DNA of 63,986 nucleotides, counting the filler, from Octopus bimaculoides (Eukaryota), in assembly GCF_001194135.2 (NCBI RefSeq). It is 6 parts of 4 records of this genome, joined end to end, with 100 filler letters (N's around TTAATTAATTAA, not from the genome) between each part and the next. Parts side by side here need not be neighbours in the genome. Positions count along the whole stretch, not along the records: positions 34,890 to 46,243 come from NC_068985.1; positions 46,344 to 62,489 come from NC_068981.1; 4 more parts are not named here. One strand, 5' to 3'. Under the pieces are notes generated by a model. It saw only the letters and a list, made by a program, of their open reading frames with translations, was not told the origin of the DNA and searched no databases. Shown here one piece after another: positions 35,480-48,856 of the stretch. A program made the position numbers and the translations under genes. Position 1 is the first letter of the stretch; every line of letters starts with the position of its first letter.

Positions 35480-37382
35480 CTGAAAGGATAAGAAAAAGGA
35501 AAAATCAAAAATCAAAACATACTATGACATGACAAGGTTAAAAATTTCGCCCACTCCATTATCGTTTCACTAACAAAATCACAAGCTTTATTCCTTTTCA
35601 TGATTCAGTGGCTGTTTGTATGCAGAAAGGGCATCCACCTGGAAAAACTGTTTGCTCTAACATGCCCCCTAGCACTCATCTTGTTCTTTCAAGGATAGAA
35701 AAATATGTGCTAAAATAGTGTGAAACAAACTTATGGAGATTTTATGAAACTGTAAACTACTCAACTCACATGTTTATTGCATTAGTTACAGAGTTTTTTT
35801 GTTGTTGTTTATGAAAGATTGAAGATCAATTAAGAAACATGATAGTGATTTAATTTCTGAAGATGGAACACCTTGGAACATCCAGATTGATTTTGACTTA
35901 CTGATAGGAAGAATAAAGCAATTTGACAGAGACAGAGAAAATACAAGGGTTGGGATCAGAGATGGGAAGAATATAGGGGTTCGATTGGGAAGAATAAAGT
36001 GAGCCTCGACTTGTAAGAAATCACACCCTACTATCTTAAAAAAAAAAAGGATATATTCATCAATGTAGACCTTGATATACAAAAAGAAAGAGTGGTCATA
36101 GTTGAAATAAATTTAATCATAGGTTTGTTGAATGAAGGCTGACCTAGAACTAAACATCTTGGGGGATTAACATTTGAAGGGTTACAATTTAAATCTGATT
36201 GGGTTTTAGTTATAATCCTCTCATTATTTTAGATAGAGTAAGGATCAGTAAAGCTGTGTGGTCAGGGAGTTTGATTTTGGAACAACATGGTTTTGAGTTC
36301 ACTTCCACTGTACAGATTTCATTAGCTGGTGTCCGCTACCATAGCCATGAATTAACCAATGATTTGCGAGTGAAATTTGGTATATGGAAACTGCAAGAAG
36401 TTCTGTGTGCATGCATGGCTGTGTATTCTACTTCTATTGACATGTGCACAGTCACTGTCACAGCCTGTTACCCTGGAGATTTTAAGTCGTGGAAACTCTG
36501 GGGTAACTAACTATTGAATCAACTAGAAATAGTAACCAAATCTCTCATATGAAACCCAATAATGTCGTTTGTTTCCAGCCCTCTCTGAAAGCATGTCCAG
36601 GATATTTTTTGTTCAATGGATAAGGAAGAATGTTACTTTACTTGGAAACAAGGGAGGATTGGTGGCTGGAATAGCATCTGGCTATAAAAAAACTGACTCA
36701 GACAAGCATAGAAAAATAGATGGTAAAATAAGGATGATGATAAAGCTAGATGCACTTACAGAAATTGTAATTAATATGTTGTGTGAGGTGTTATGTAATT
36801 TTATTCAAGTGCTTTTTTGCCAAGACTATACCACCAAATGATTAAATTAAATCATCTGCTTTATTTTTCAACAGGAGCTGCTAAATGTAAACTTTCTGAT
36901 GATTTACTCTTGGTATTAGCCAATATCAAGACAGTCTGTCAGCCATGCTTCTGCTCACGCTACACTGAAACTGATGGGATCCAGTTGGGTTGAAACCATG
37001 ATGTTCAAGTTAATACATTAACATGTTCTCTTGTGTTTATAACTGCAAGACTGGCTTAAAACAAGATTAGGAATAAATTCTGATACAGACAGAATTCAAT
37101 CAAGTGGTCTATGGTCTGTTATGTAGTGTGTGTGTGTGTGTGTCTATCTCCAGCATAGTCATCATTTTAACATCCACTTTACTATGCTTGCATAGTTGAA
37201 AGGAAGTTATTGAGGCAGATTGTTCTCACCAACTCGTACCTGTTTCCAATCAAAGCAATATTTCTCCAAAGCCAGACGTGTTCTAGCAGAATATTGAGAA
37301 TGAATGACATTAATTTACAACAATCACATGATGTCAAGCCAAGTAAATACAAACATACACACATACATATGCACACACATTT

Positions 37383-37612
37383 CGAGCATGGCCGTTGCCA
37401 GTACCTCCTGACTGGCCTTCATGCCGGTGGCACGTAAAAGCACCCACTACACTCTCGGAGTGGTTGGCGTTAGGAAGGGGGCAGCCAGCTGTAGAAACTC
37501 TGCCAGATCAGGTTGGAGCCTGGTGTAGCCATCTGGTTCACCAGTCCTCAGTCAAATCATCCAACCCATGCTAGCATGGAAAGCGGATGTTAAACGACGA
37601 TGATGATGATGA
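37383..37612 (+). mobile_element. RTE LINE 3' UTR fragment with (GAT)n tail
   Basis: High similarity to 21230-21427. Confidence 0.85.
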
Positions 37613-39921
37613 TATATATATATATATATATATATATGCATTTGTGGGCACAGGACGTCATGAAATGTGTAACAACAAAAAAATACGAAGTATGAGTACA
37701 TGGAATATGAACTATTTTTTTNNNNNNNNNNNNNNNNNNNNNNNNNNNNNNNNNNNNNNNNNNNNNNNNNNNNNNNNNNNNNNNNNNNNNNNNNNNNNNN
37801 NNNNNNNNNNNNNNNNNNNNNNNNNNNNNNNNNNNNNNNNNNNNNNNNNNNNNNNNNNNNNNNNNNNNNNNNNNNNNNNNNNNNNNNNNNNNNNNNNNNN
37901 NNNNNNNNNNNNNNNNNNNNNNNNNNNNNNNNNNNNNNNNNNNNNNNNNNNNNNNNNNNNNNNNNNNNNNNNNNNNNNNNNNNNNNNNNNNNNNNNNNNN
38001 NNNNNNNNNNNNNNNNNNNNNNNNNNNNNNNNNNNNNNNNNNNNNNNNNNNNNNNNNNNNNNNNNNNNNNNNNNNNNNNNNNNNNNNNNNNNNNNNNNNN
38101 NNNNNNNNNNNNNNNNNNNNNNNNNNNNNNNNNNNNNNNNNNNNNNNNNNNNNNNNNNNNNNNNNNNNNNNNNNNNNNNNNNNNNNNNNNNNNNNNNNNN
38201 NNNNNNNNNNNNNNNNNNNNNNNNNNNNNNNNNNNNNNNNNNNNNNNNNNNNNNNNNNNNNNNNNNNNNNNNNNNNNNNNNATAAATAGCCAAACTACTT
38301 TTCTAAATTAAGTCATTTCTTCAGTTAATGTTTTTTGTATATACACATCCGTGTATATGTGTTTTAGTGTGTATATATATATGTAATTTTGAAAGAGGAG
38401 GGTAGGTGTGTGGGCATGTTATTATTGCACTGAAACAAAGAAAAAACAAAAACAAAAATGTAATAAATATAATATCTGAAACAACAATTCATCAAAGCTG
38501 TCCCTGTCTCTTCCCCCCCCCCGTGCCATTTCACCCCTTCAACACCAATTTCCCTGTAACCCCACATAACTATATCCAGCTACAGTAATTTGGGATGAAG
38601 AGATAGTGTCCTAACCCTTTTCTATTGTGATAACTGGAGCCCCTTTTCCTGGTTGAGGCTGTCATTTTACAAGGGAAGAGCACACGGAATATGTCAACGA
38701 CTGACAGGGGTTAATTACTAAATATTGTCAGAATCAAAAAGAAATTAGGGTCACACGAACCAGCAATTGGATAGGAAGGAAACAGGAAGTGGTTCCCTGT
38801 TATAGCAAAACCCCTTAGGATATCTCATCTTTGCAATTAATGAGTTACTTTCAAGAATCAGTAAGGGCAATACGTAGTTGGTTGTAAAGATCAAACTGCA
38901 CAGATCAGAGACATTTTGAAGGATCCCACATTCATATAGAATATATTTCTTTTTCATAATGACATTCCTCATTCTCATTATTCATTATTTGTCACTTCAT
39001 GTCAGGGGGAAAATGAAATATGGCTTTTCTAATACCAGGATGAAGTGTGTGTGTGTGTGGGGGGGGGGGTGTTGATGGCAACACTCTTCAATCTGCTAGA
39101 ACAGCCTGTAGCTAAGCAGGCACTCTTTCTTACAGTACAGTCTTTTTTTTCTTTTGCCATTTACTTGTTTCAGTCACTAGACTATGACCATGGTGGGACA
39201 CCATGGTTGAAGAATTCTAGTTATGTGGATTAGCTCCAGTACTTATTTAAAAGATCTTTTTTGAAACCTGGTGCTTATTCTATTGACCTCTTTTGATGAA
39301 CCACTAAGTTACAGGGAACATAAACAAACCAACACTAATTGTCCAGTGGTAGTGGGGATAAACACAAATACAAAGACACACACTGATATGCATTTGTGTG
39401 TGTGTGTATTTGTAATTCTACCTTTATGGTGCTTTACTTAGCTGCAAAATGATACTATTGCATTCCAATGATATTTATAATTTTTATATAAAACTTTTTC
39501 GCTGATTTCGGGTCTATTTATGGCTAGGTATTCAACTGAATATACTGGTAGTGATGTAACAAATATTTCAAAATTTCATGCTCGGTGAATCTAGCTGATG
39601 ATGACTAACTGAATTTATGATAACAGGCATATTAGGAAAGTCTGAAACTAGAGTATTAGATTATCCACTCTAGGTTGTTCATCTATTCAGTGTTCTGATT
39701 AGAAGTAAAATGAAAATTTTTTATATTTGTTACCTACACACATCTTTGCTAGTATATATTCAGTGAAGCTTTACATAGTGTTGTACTGTTATTAACTGCC
39801 ATTTCCAGCAAATATTGGTGCCTTGTTGTACCACCATTTTATATTTGTAATTCTACCTTTACAGTGCTTTATTTAGCTGGAAAATAATACTATTGTATTC
39901 CAATAATATTCATAATTTATA

Positions 39922-39991
<70 letters not shown>

Positions 39992-40261
39992 TATATGAAT
40001 AAATTATTCAGGTGGATACTGTATGAGCACTCAGGTTTAGTCCAAGTCCAGGCTAACTGCATCAAAAAAACCCTTCCCAAAAGACAGCTGTTCTAGCTTC
40101 ATAGAACCTACAAGAAAAAGCAGCCAAATCTTCCTTGAATCAAAGTGTCTTAAAACACTGGAGATATATGGTACTAGATGTATTATGTCTGCTTGATAAT
40201 TTTCCTTTCATATTTTCCTTTTCATTCTTTGTAATTGTATACACAGCCATAGAAACTGTCA

Positions 40262-40866
40262 GAAGGCGACAAGCTGGAAGAAACGTTAGCACATCGGGTG
40301 AAATGCTTAGCGGCATTTTGTCTGTCTTTACGTTCTGAGTTCAAATTCCGCCGAGGTCGACTTTGCCTTTCATCCTTTCAAGGTTGATAAATTAAGTACC
40401 AGTTACGCACTGGGGTCGATGTAATCGACTTAATCCCTTTGTCTGTCCTTGTTTGTCCACTCTATGTTTAGCCCTTTATGGGCAATAAAGAAATAAGAAA
40501 CTATGCCAGAACAGATAATGGAGCCTGGTGTGGCCCCCAGCCTTACCTGTTCCTGTCAAACCATCCAACCTCCATGCCAGTATGGAAAATGGATGTTTGA
40601 TGATGATGACACACAAGCTGAATTCACATTTTGGGTTATCTACAACATAATCCTTTCTACCAAAGGCACAAGGACTGAAATTTGGGGGGATGGGGAGGAA
40701 GGTAGTCAATTACATCAACCCCAGTACTCAATTGGTACTTAATTTATTGACCCCGAAAGGATGAAAAGCAAAGTCGACCTCAGCGGATTTGGACTCATAA
40801 CGTAGCGACGAGTGAAATACTACTCAGCATTTCATCCAGTGGGCTAACAATTCTGCCAGCTCGCTG
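40262..40866. mobile_element. Tail-to-tail family B SINEs (40262-40494 +, 40650-40866 -) with an RTE-tail fragment between
   Basis: Family B motifs on both strands; GATGATGATGA tail at about 40600. Confidence 0.85.
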
Positions 40867-41779
40867 CATGAGGTGCTTTTTGCTTTAAATTTAGTACTAT
40901 ATTTTAATGAAATTCGTCAGGTGACCCTACCTGAAAGACAGCTAATATAACTTCATTGGAACTACAAAAAGCATCAGCTAAGTCTTCCTTGAATCATGCC
41001 CTGTTGTCTTAAAACATTAGAGATATGGTGCTAGATGTATTATGTCTGTTTGCTCAATAATTTTCCATTCATATTTTCCCTTTTGTATAGATGCTTCTCT
41101 CTTCCTTCTCTGTATTTTTTTTTTATTCCCTTTCTCTTCTTCCCCGTTTCTTTTCATACTTCTCTTCTCTTACATTTCTTTCTCCCATTCTTTATTTTTT
41201 CTTTCATTACCTCCTTTAATTTCTCTCTCTCTTTCTGTTCACATACACACACTATTTCTCTCTCCCTGTATATATATATATATATATATATATGGTCTAG
41301 ATATATTTATCTATCTATCTACCTACCTACATTTCTATCTATATCATTCACTTTCTCTATTTATCTGTCCTCTCTCTCTCTCCTTGTCCACCCTCAATAT
41401 AAGCCAATTAGTATATACCATTTTATCTGTCTGTCTGTCTATTTTTCCATCACTTTCAATCTGCCTCTATCTGTTTATCCTCCTTTGCTTCTCCAACCCT
41501 CTCTGTAATCCATTTAGCATCTATCTATCTGTATGCCTGTCTCTTTCACTCTACCTGTTTACTCTCTCTCTTGCTCTTTCCCACCCCCACCTGTCTCCTC
41601 ACCACCTTCCACCTCTCTAATCCAGTCAATACCGAAACCAGCCTGACAATATTGACCATTTGGTTTCTTGCCCGATTCAGACGTTTCATTTGAAATTCCT
41701 AACTGATGCCAAACTAACATTGATCTTAGCTTCTTACTATCACTGATAATAATGGTTCAGGACATGAGCCAAAAGCCAC

Positions 41780-41985
41780 TGTGACCAGAAACAGAGATAC
41801 AGAAGTTGTACTAGAAGTTGTTGTGGTGAGAGTAACAGTTATGGTAGTAGTAGTAAAATTAATGGTAGTAGTTGAAGCAGTGTTGATAGTAGTAGTAGTA
41901 GTCATAGTGGTGGTGATAGATGTGATAGTAGTTGTGGCAATGTTAGTAGCAATTGTGGTGGTGGTTGTAGTAGTAGTAGTAGGTT
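41780..41985. repeat. Degenerate (GTA/GTG/GTT)n array
   Basis: Direct reading. Confidence 0.85.
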
Positions 41986-42966
41986 TGTTTTGAATTAGGT
42001 TTGTCAGTCAATTAAAATCAAGCCCCTGTGGTCAGTGTTTTGCTTTCCAGGTTTTGATCTTTTTTAACATTTTTTTTCTGAACTGTGTCCAATGTGGGTT
42101 GGATATTTCAGTAAATCGAAACATTTTCCTAAATTGTTGTAGTTGTTGTTTAACCCCCAGATCAGCCCTGATCAAGTAGATTTCTAAAAAGAAGGATTTC
42201 CAGCCATGACTGTCTTGTCTTTTTAGAAGTATATTTGGAACTATATTATGATATGATTTGAGGGAGACTTGGTGACTATTTCCAGTTGGCTAAGCAATCA
42301 GAGACTTCGTTCCATACTTCAGATCCAGTCTAAAAATGCTCAGAACAATACAACACCATGTGACAAGCCAATGAAGGGTCTTTCCTGTGGTCATTGTATC
42401 TACTGGAAATAACAACCAAATAGTATTCACTATCGTATGTATTTACTAATGTTAACAAATGGCCATTGAAAAGGGCCCACTTTCAATTACCATTCTACCT
42501 ACTTGAAAGTCTGCAATGCCACATTTTCTTTCATGTGAATAGCTGCAGCTCGATAACCTCCCGTCACCATTTCCATCATCTTCAGCTGACAATAGCATCG
42601 GAATGATGACGATGATGAAAAAAGCACAAAGAAGAAAGATAAAGAAGAGAAGAAATATTGAAGAAAGAAGAGAAGGAAAAACAAGAAGTATCATCATCAT
42701 CGTCATTGTCATCATCGTCATCGTCATCATCATCATCATCACCAACTGGAGACCTGACTTTAAAAGATTCTGTCCCAGCACTAGAGATTTCTCATCATAA
42801 ATATGGTCTCAGCTATTTCATAGTCTTCTTCACTTTCTCTTTGAAAGAAGAAAACCTGATAATTTCTTCAGTTCCATCTTTTGGTAGAATCCCAATAGAA
42901 TTGATTTGATCTGTTTTATGTCTTTAGAAATTTATATTTCTAGAAAACTGACAGCAACAGTAGCAG

Positions 42967-43001
<35 letters not shown>

Positions 43002-43324
43002 CATCATCATCATCATCAAAAACATTGTCACCACTACAACCATCAATATCAGTGATGCAGTAATCACTCCATCGACACCATTATTGTCAGTCAAATGAAG
43101 ATGGTGAACTGACAAAGTCAATACAGCATTGGACAAAACACTTTGGAAAATTTGTTCTGGCTTTCAGAGTTCAAATCCCACTGGGGCAACTTTTGGTTTT
43201 CAGTCATAAATAAAATACCAATCAAATACCAGGGTCAATTTCTCTTATCTTTCTCACTCACTTTGAACAGACTATGTTGATGTAGGAGAGGAAGGAGCCT
43301 CCCTATTGCATCACCACCAATAAA

Positions 43325-43782
43325 CCTAGCACTTATTCTATTGGTGTCTTTTGCTGAACTGCTAAGTTACAGGGACGTAAACACACCAGCATCAGTTGTC
43401 AAGCGATGGTGGGGGTTCAAACACAGAGACACAAACATATACATATATATATATATATATGTATATATACGATGGGCTTCTTTCAGTTTCCATCTATCAA
43501 ATCCACTCACAAAGCTTTGGTTAGCTTGAGGCTATAGTAGAAGACACTTGCCCAAAGTGCCATGCAGTGGGACTGAACCTGGGACCATGTGGTTAGTAAG
43601 GAAGCTACTTACCACACAGCCACTCTTTACAACAGGCTTCTTTTAGTTTCCGTGTACCAAATCCACTCACAAGGCTTTTGTTGGCCAGAGGTTATTGTAG
43701 AAGAAGACCCTTGCCCAAAGTGCCATGGGACTGAACTCAGAACCATGTGGTTGGGAAGGAAGCTTCTTACCACAAGGCCATG
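43325..43782 (-). mobile_element. SINE family A with a second tandem head segment
   Basis: Head region present twice (about 43470-43625 and 43635-43782). Confidence 0.8.
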
Positions 43783-44147
43783 ACTATGTATGACCTTGAT
43801 TTCTCATGTTCTGTTCAGTAAACTAATATAGTATTTACTTTGTATATAACATCCTCAACAACCACGAGCGAATGAGGGTGTATGCACATGGTTGCTCAAT
43901 CTGCAAGAATTAGTAGCCAAATTTTCCTCATATCACACCATTCTGTCTTAATTGGACACAATATCTAAAATATCTAAAAATAACTTGGAGTGGTCTTAGT
44001 TAGAATGCCATTAATCTTAAATGTCCTCATTCAGAAATCACTTGGGGTGGGGTTGTTATGAATAACAACGATGAGGACGACAATGATGACAGCTTTCCTG
44101 TCAACTGATGGACAGAGAATTAATGATATGCAATGTTTTGTATTTAC

Positions 44148-44287
44148 CTGTGCTGCCATGCAAGCACCGATGATCCCTGCTCTTGAGGCATTACAACCAC
44201 CGGCTTCCATTGTGGTCTTCACGCCACTCACAAAGTCATGGCTACACAGCAACCCATGTATGGCAGATTGGAAAGCATAAGGCAAAT
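44148..44287 (-). CDS. Penultimate coding exon of the SelJ / crystallin J1-like ADP-ribosylglycohydrolase
   Basis: Acceptor ctctctcatttcag, donor CAG|gtaaat, 140 bp (2 nt + 46 codons): xLPYAFQSAIHGLLCSHDFVSGVKTTMEAGGCNASRAGIIGACMAAQ. The GGCxxSR...GA motif replaces the GGDxDT of canonical ARH/DraG enzymes, as in the SelJ/J1 subfamily. Confidence 0.88.
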
Positions 44288-44485
44288 CTGAAATGAGAGA
44301 GAGAGAGAGAGATAAGTTAATTATGCAACATTGAACAGTAGGAGGAACAGAGGTAATGATGGTATAAGGATGAGGCCCCTTTCGGTCATGAACGACCATG
44401 GGACTGCACCGAGAAAGTTAACCTCAAGCATATTTGTAATGGTAACAAGTTTGTATTTATATACATTACTGCCTACCACTGTCAC

Positions 44486-44531
<46 letters not shown>

Positions 44532-44541
44532 NNNNNNNNNN

Positions 44542-44574
<33 letters not shown>

Positions 44575-44575
<1 letters not shown>

Positions 44576-44960
44576 TATTTTACTTGTTTCAATCATCTGA
44601 CTGCGGCCATGCTGGAGCACTGCCTGTAGTCTAAGAAATCAACCCCAGGACTTATTCTTTGTAAGCCTAGTAATTATTCTATCGGTCTCTTTTGCCAAAC
44701 TGCTAAGTTTTGGGGACGTAAACACACTGACGTCAGTTGTCAAGCGATGGCAGAGGGACAAACACACATAAGTATATACATATATACATATATACATACA
44801 ACAGGCTTCTTTCAGTTTCTGCATACCAAATCCACTCACAAGGCTTTGATTGGCCCAAAATTATATTAGAAGATACTTGTCCAAGGTGCCACGCAGTGGG
44901 ACTGAACCCGGAACCATGTGGTTGTGAAGCAAGCTTCTTACCACACAGCGATGCCTATGG
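44575..44960 (-). mobile_element. SINE family A
   Basis: Reverse complement of the family A consensus. Confidence 0.85.
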
Positions 44961-45247
44961 CATATATATATATATATAGACTCCCTTCAGTCATGAATAA
45001 TCATGGGATTGCACCCGGAAAGTTCCCCTCTGAGGCACAAGTCCAGGCAAAGTTGTTTTACGGAACANNNNNNNNNNNNNNNNNNNNNNNNNNNNNNNNN
45101 NNNNNNNNNNNNNNNNNNNNNNNNNNNNNNNNNNNNNNNNNNNNNNNNNNNNNNNNNNNNNNNNNNNNNNNNNNNNNACACACACACACACACACACATA
45201 TATATGTATATATATATATATATATATACACATATATATATATATAT

Positions 45248-45555
45248 AGACTCCCTTCAGTCATGAATAATCATGGGATTGCACCCGGAAAGTTCCCCTC
45301 TGAGGCACAAGTCCAGGCAAAGTTGTTTTACGGAACACCAGCAGTTGCCCATGCATATCAGCCTCTTCACACCACTGATGTTATCCAAGGGAAAAGAAAA
45401 GGCCGGTACAACTTGGCACCAGTGATGTCGCAACTCACTACAACAAAGTGAAATAAAGGGTCTTGCTCAAGAACACAAAATATAATCCGGTCAGAGAATC
45501 GATTCGACTACCTCATGATTGTGAGCTCGATGCTCTAACCACTGAGCCATGTGCC
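45248..45555 (-). mobile_element. tRNA-derived SINE, family D; its 3' end is duplicated at 44977-45067 across a gap
   Basis: Homologous to 48535-48856 (+) and to a tail fragment at 44370-44430. tRNA-like head and CORE-like TTCTTGAGCAAGAC segment. Confidence 0.75.
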
Positions 45556-46243
45556 TTCACTAATGATGGTAGCATGAAATATTGTAGTAGTAGTGGTGGT
45601 GGTGGTAGTAGTAGTAGTAGAAGCATTAGGGTGTTGCAGTGGTGCTCTGGAATTTGTCTGGGTTTGGAGGAAGTTTTCATATATTGTTGCAGGGACTGTG
45701 AGGATTGAAGTTTGCCACAGCAACAAACTGTGTTCCTTGCATGTTTAAGTGGTCTTTCCTTTTTAACATTTCAGTTTTATTGTGTAAGTGCTCTTTGGTT
45801 GTGATCTATGTTACGTTTATCAATTCATTTTGCAAGCTCCCTGATGTGAAATCATGTGTTGAAACAGATATTGTTATATTTCAGGGATGGTCATTTTATT
45901 TATTTAATTTATTTGTTTGCCAAATAAACACACACACGCAATATATTTGTTTCCTTCACTCATTTATTACTGTTCTTATTTTATTATTTTAACTCATGTC
46001 CATTGTCCGGAAATCTTTTGTCACACTCTTCAGCAATACTTCGTTTTCATGTTTGCTCTTGCTCTACTTTCTCCATTCTGTTCTTCTTTAGAAGTAATAA
46101 ACGAGTGAAGAAAAAATATATATATATATAGTGCATGTGTTTATTTGGCAAAAAAAAACAAAAAACAAAAAAAAAATTAAAATTAAAATTAAATGACCAT
46201 CTCGAAATACAACTACAATAATAAGCCTGTCACTCAATTACCA

Positions 46244-46343
46244 NNNNNNNNNNNNNNNNNNNNNNNNNNNNNNNNNNNNNNNNNNNNTTAATTAATTAAN
46301 NNNNNNNNNNNNNNNNNNNNNNNNNNNNNNNNNNNNNNNNNNN
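46244..46343. other. Artificial spacer N44-TTAATTAATTAA-N44
   Basis: Direct reading. Confidence 0.97.
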
Positions 46344-46453
46344 ATATATATATATATATATATATATATATACGTATATATATGTATATATATGTATACA
46401 TATGGATATATATACGCATATATATATGTATATATATATATATGTATATGTGC

Positions 46454-46491
<38 letters not shown>

Positions 46492-46647
46492 TTATGTATA
46501 TATATGTGCATATGTGTGTATAGATATATTCATTGAGAGATAAATAGGTAGATAGATAGAAATTGACAAATGTATATATTGCAGCACATATACGCACACA
46601 CACACACACACACACAAGCACACGCACTCACACACACACACAAACAA

Positions 46648-46681
<34 letters not shown>

Positions 46682-48534
46682 TCATATATATATATATATA
46701 TAGTTCTGGTACAGCGCATCTAGAAGTACGAAATCAAATACGAAATGTTTTTCTTTTCTTTTAATTTTTAATCTGTAAGGGGGGGGGATATTTGAGGGAT
46801 TTTTGGCTGTCATTTTGAGAACATCATGGTATAGATACTTTCTCATTGATTCAACAAAAATAGTTTATTGATTTTTTATTTACCCTTTCTTCGATCAACT
46901 CTGATCCAGCTGATCAAAACCCTGGAGTGAGTTTTGACATTCATGTTTACCGAAATGTGTATCCGTGACTAAATATGCTTTCTTCCAATAAATTACAATG
47001 GGTTAGGTTCGGAGGCAATTGGTTGCTATTTCTATAAGGTCGACCGAATACGAAGATATTACTCCTTCACTTCACTAGGGTTCTTGACAATAATATTTCA
47101 AATTTAGATATTATTTCTGATATTGAAGAATGTTTACCTTCTTCATTATTGTTGTGTTTTGTAAGTTAATCTTTTATTATTCAAACATAAATTTATAAAT
47201 GTTCCCATTTAAAAGCAAAATCCCCCTTGTCGTTTATTTCAATCTAATGAAAAAAAATCATGCTGTGCGCGTTTATGAGGGACTCCAAGGGCGAAGATCA
47301 GTTTGAAATCTGTTTGCTTTCTCTGAAACAGTATGAACAATAATACGCATTATTGCGTGCGTGTGTTATTGCTCGAATACTTAAACAGATGAAATACATA
47401 TAAAATATGAAATATGATAAAAGCGATATGTATATATATATATATATATATAATGTTATATATCATATTATATAATGCACAAAGAAACGGACACGGACAC
47501 ACACAGACACACATATTACGTACACAATATACACAGAAATAGAGAGGTAGATGAATACATTGCTAGATATATAGCATATTTATGTACGTTCATATATTGC
47601 TTAAACACATACATACATATATATTATTGAGAGAGAGTTACGCAAATAGGATGACAGATAGGATTAGAGAGGGAAAGATGAAAATTGCTGTTGCTTGTGT
47701 ATAAAAGGGAAAGAAGGTGAGCGACGACAAAAAGACTTGGACAGAGAGAGAGAGATAGCGGGGGAGAGAGAGAGAGANNNNNNNNNNNNNNNNNNNNNNN
47801 NNNNNNNNNNNNNNNNNNNNNNNNNNNNNNNNNNNNNNNNNNNNNNNNNNNNNNNNNNNNNNNNNNNNNNNNNNNNNNNNNNNNNNNNNNNNNNNNNNNN
47901 NNNNNNNNNNNNNNNNNNNNNNNNNNNNNNNNNNNNNNNNNNNNNNNNNNNNNNNNNNNNNNNNNNNNNNNNNNNNNNNNNNNNNNNNNNNNNNNNNNNN
48001 NNNNNNNNNNNNNNNNNNNNNNNNNNNNNNNNNNNNNNNNNNNNNNNNNNNNNNNNNNNNNNNNNNNNNNNNNNNNNNNNNNNNNNNNNNNNNNNNNNNN
48101 NNNNNNNNNNNNNNNNNNNNNNNNNNNNNNNNNNNNNNNNNNNNNNNNNNNNNNNNNNNNNNNNNNNNNNNNNNNNNNNNNNNNNNNNNNNNNNNNNNNN
48201 TACATTGCTAGATATATAGCATATTTATGTACGTTCATATATTGCTTAAACACATACATACATATATATGCGTGTGTGTGCATACTCATACATACTACAT
48301 ACATACAAACATTAATATATATAGAATGCCTAGCAGTTAACTTCCTGCCATTCGCAGCCTGAGTCTAATCCCGCCAAGGTCAAATTTTCTGTTCATCATT
48401 TCAAGTTTGACAAATGAATTACCTGTAGAACAAAATTGACCGACAATTTCATGTCCTTTCGTTTCAATATGGATGGCACTCACTACCTTAAATCATATCG
48501 ACTTAATTATATTCAACATATTCCCAGACGATGT

Positions 48535-48856
48535 ATGTGGTTAGAGAGTCGGGCTCACAATAATGGGGTAGTGATTTTGATTTCCAGACATGGCTGAGTG
48601 TTATGTTCTTGAGCATGACACTTTATTTCACGTTTCTCCAGTTCATTCAGCTGTAGAAATGAGTTGCAACGTCACTAATGCCAAGCTGTATCGGCCTTTT
48701 CCTTTCCTTTGAACAACATCAGTGGCGTAGAGAGTGGGGCTGGTATGCATGGGCGACTGTTGGTCTTCCGTAAGCAACCTTGCCCAGATTTGTGCTTCGG
48801 AGGAGGAAGTTTTTAGGTGCAATCCTATGGTCATTCATCACCGACAGGTGTCTTTA
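48535..48856 (+). mobile_element. SINE family D, decayed
   Basis: Homologous to 45248-45555. Confidence 0.7.

Noticed and set aside
36873-37005. Possible plus-strand exon after ttattttcaacag
   Set aside because: Stops in the readable frames, no homology recognised, antisense to the host intron.
39590-39650. CTGATGA...GAAA on the plus strand
   Set aside because: No stem II, and the cleavage-site base would be G.
42499-42600. Minus-strand frame LKMMEMVTGGYRAAAIHMKENVALQTFK with a GTAGGT donor
   Set aside because: No acceptor; the flanking SelJ-like exons already join in frame without it.
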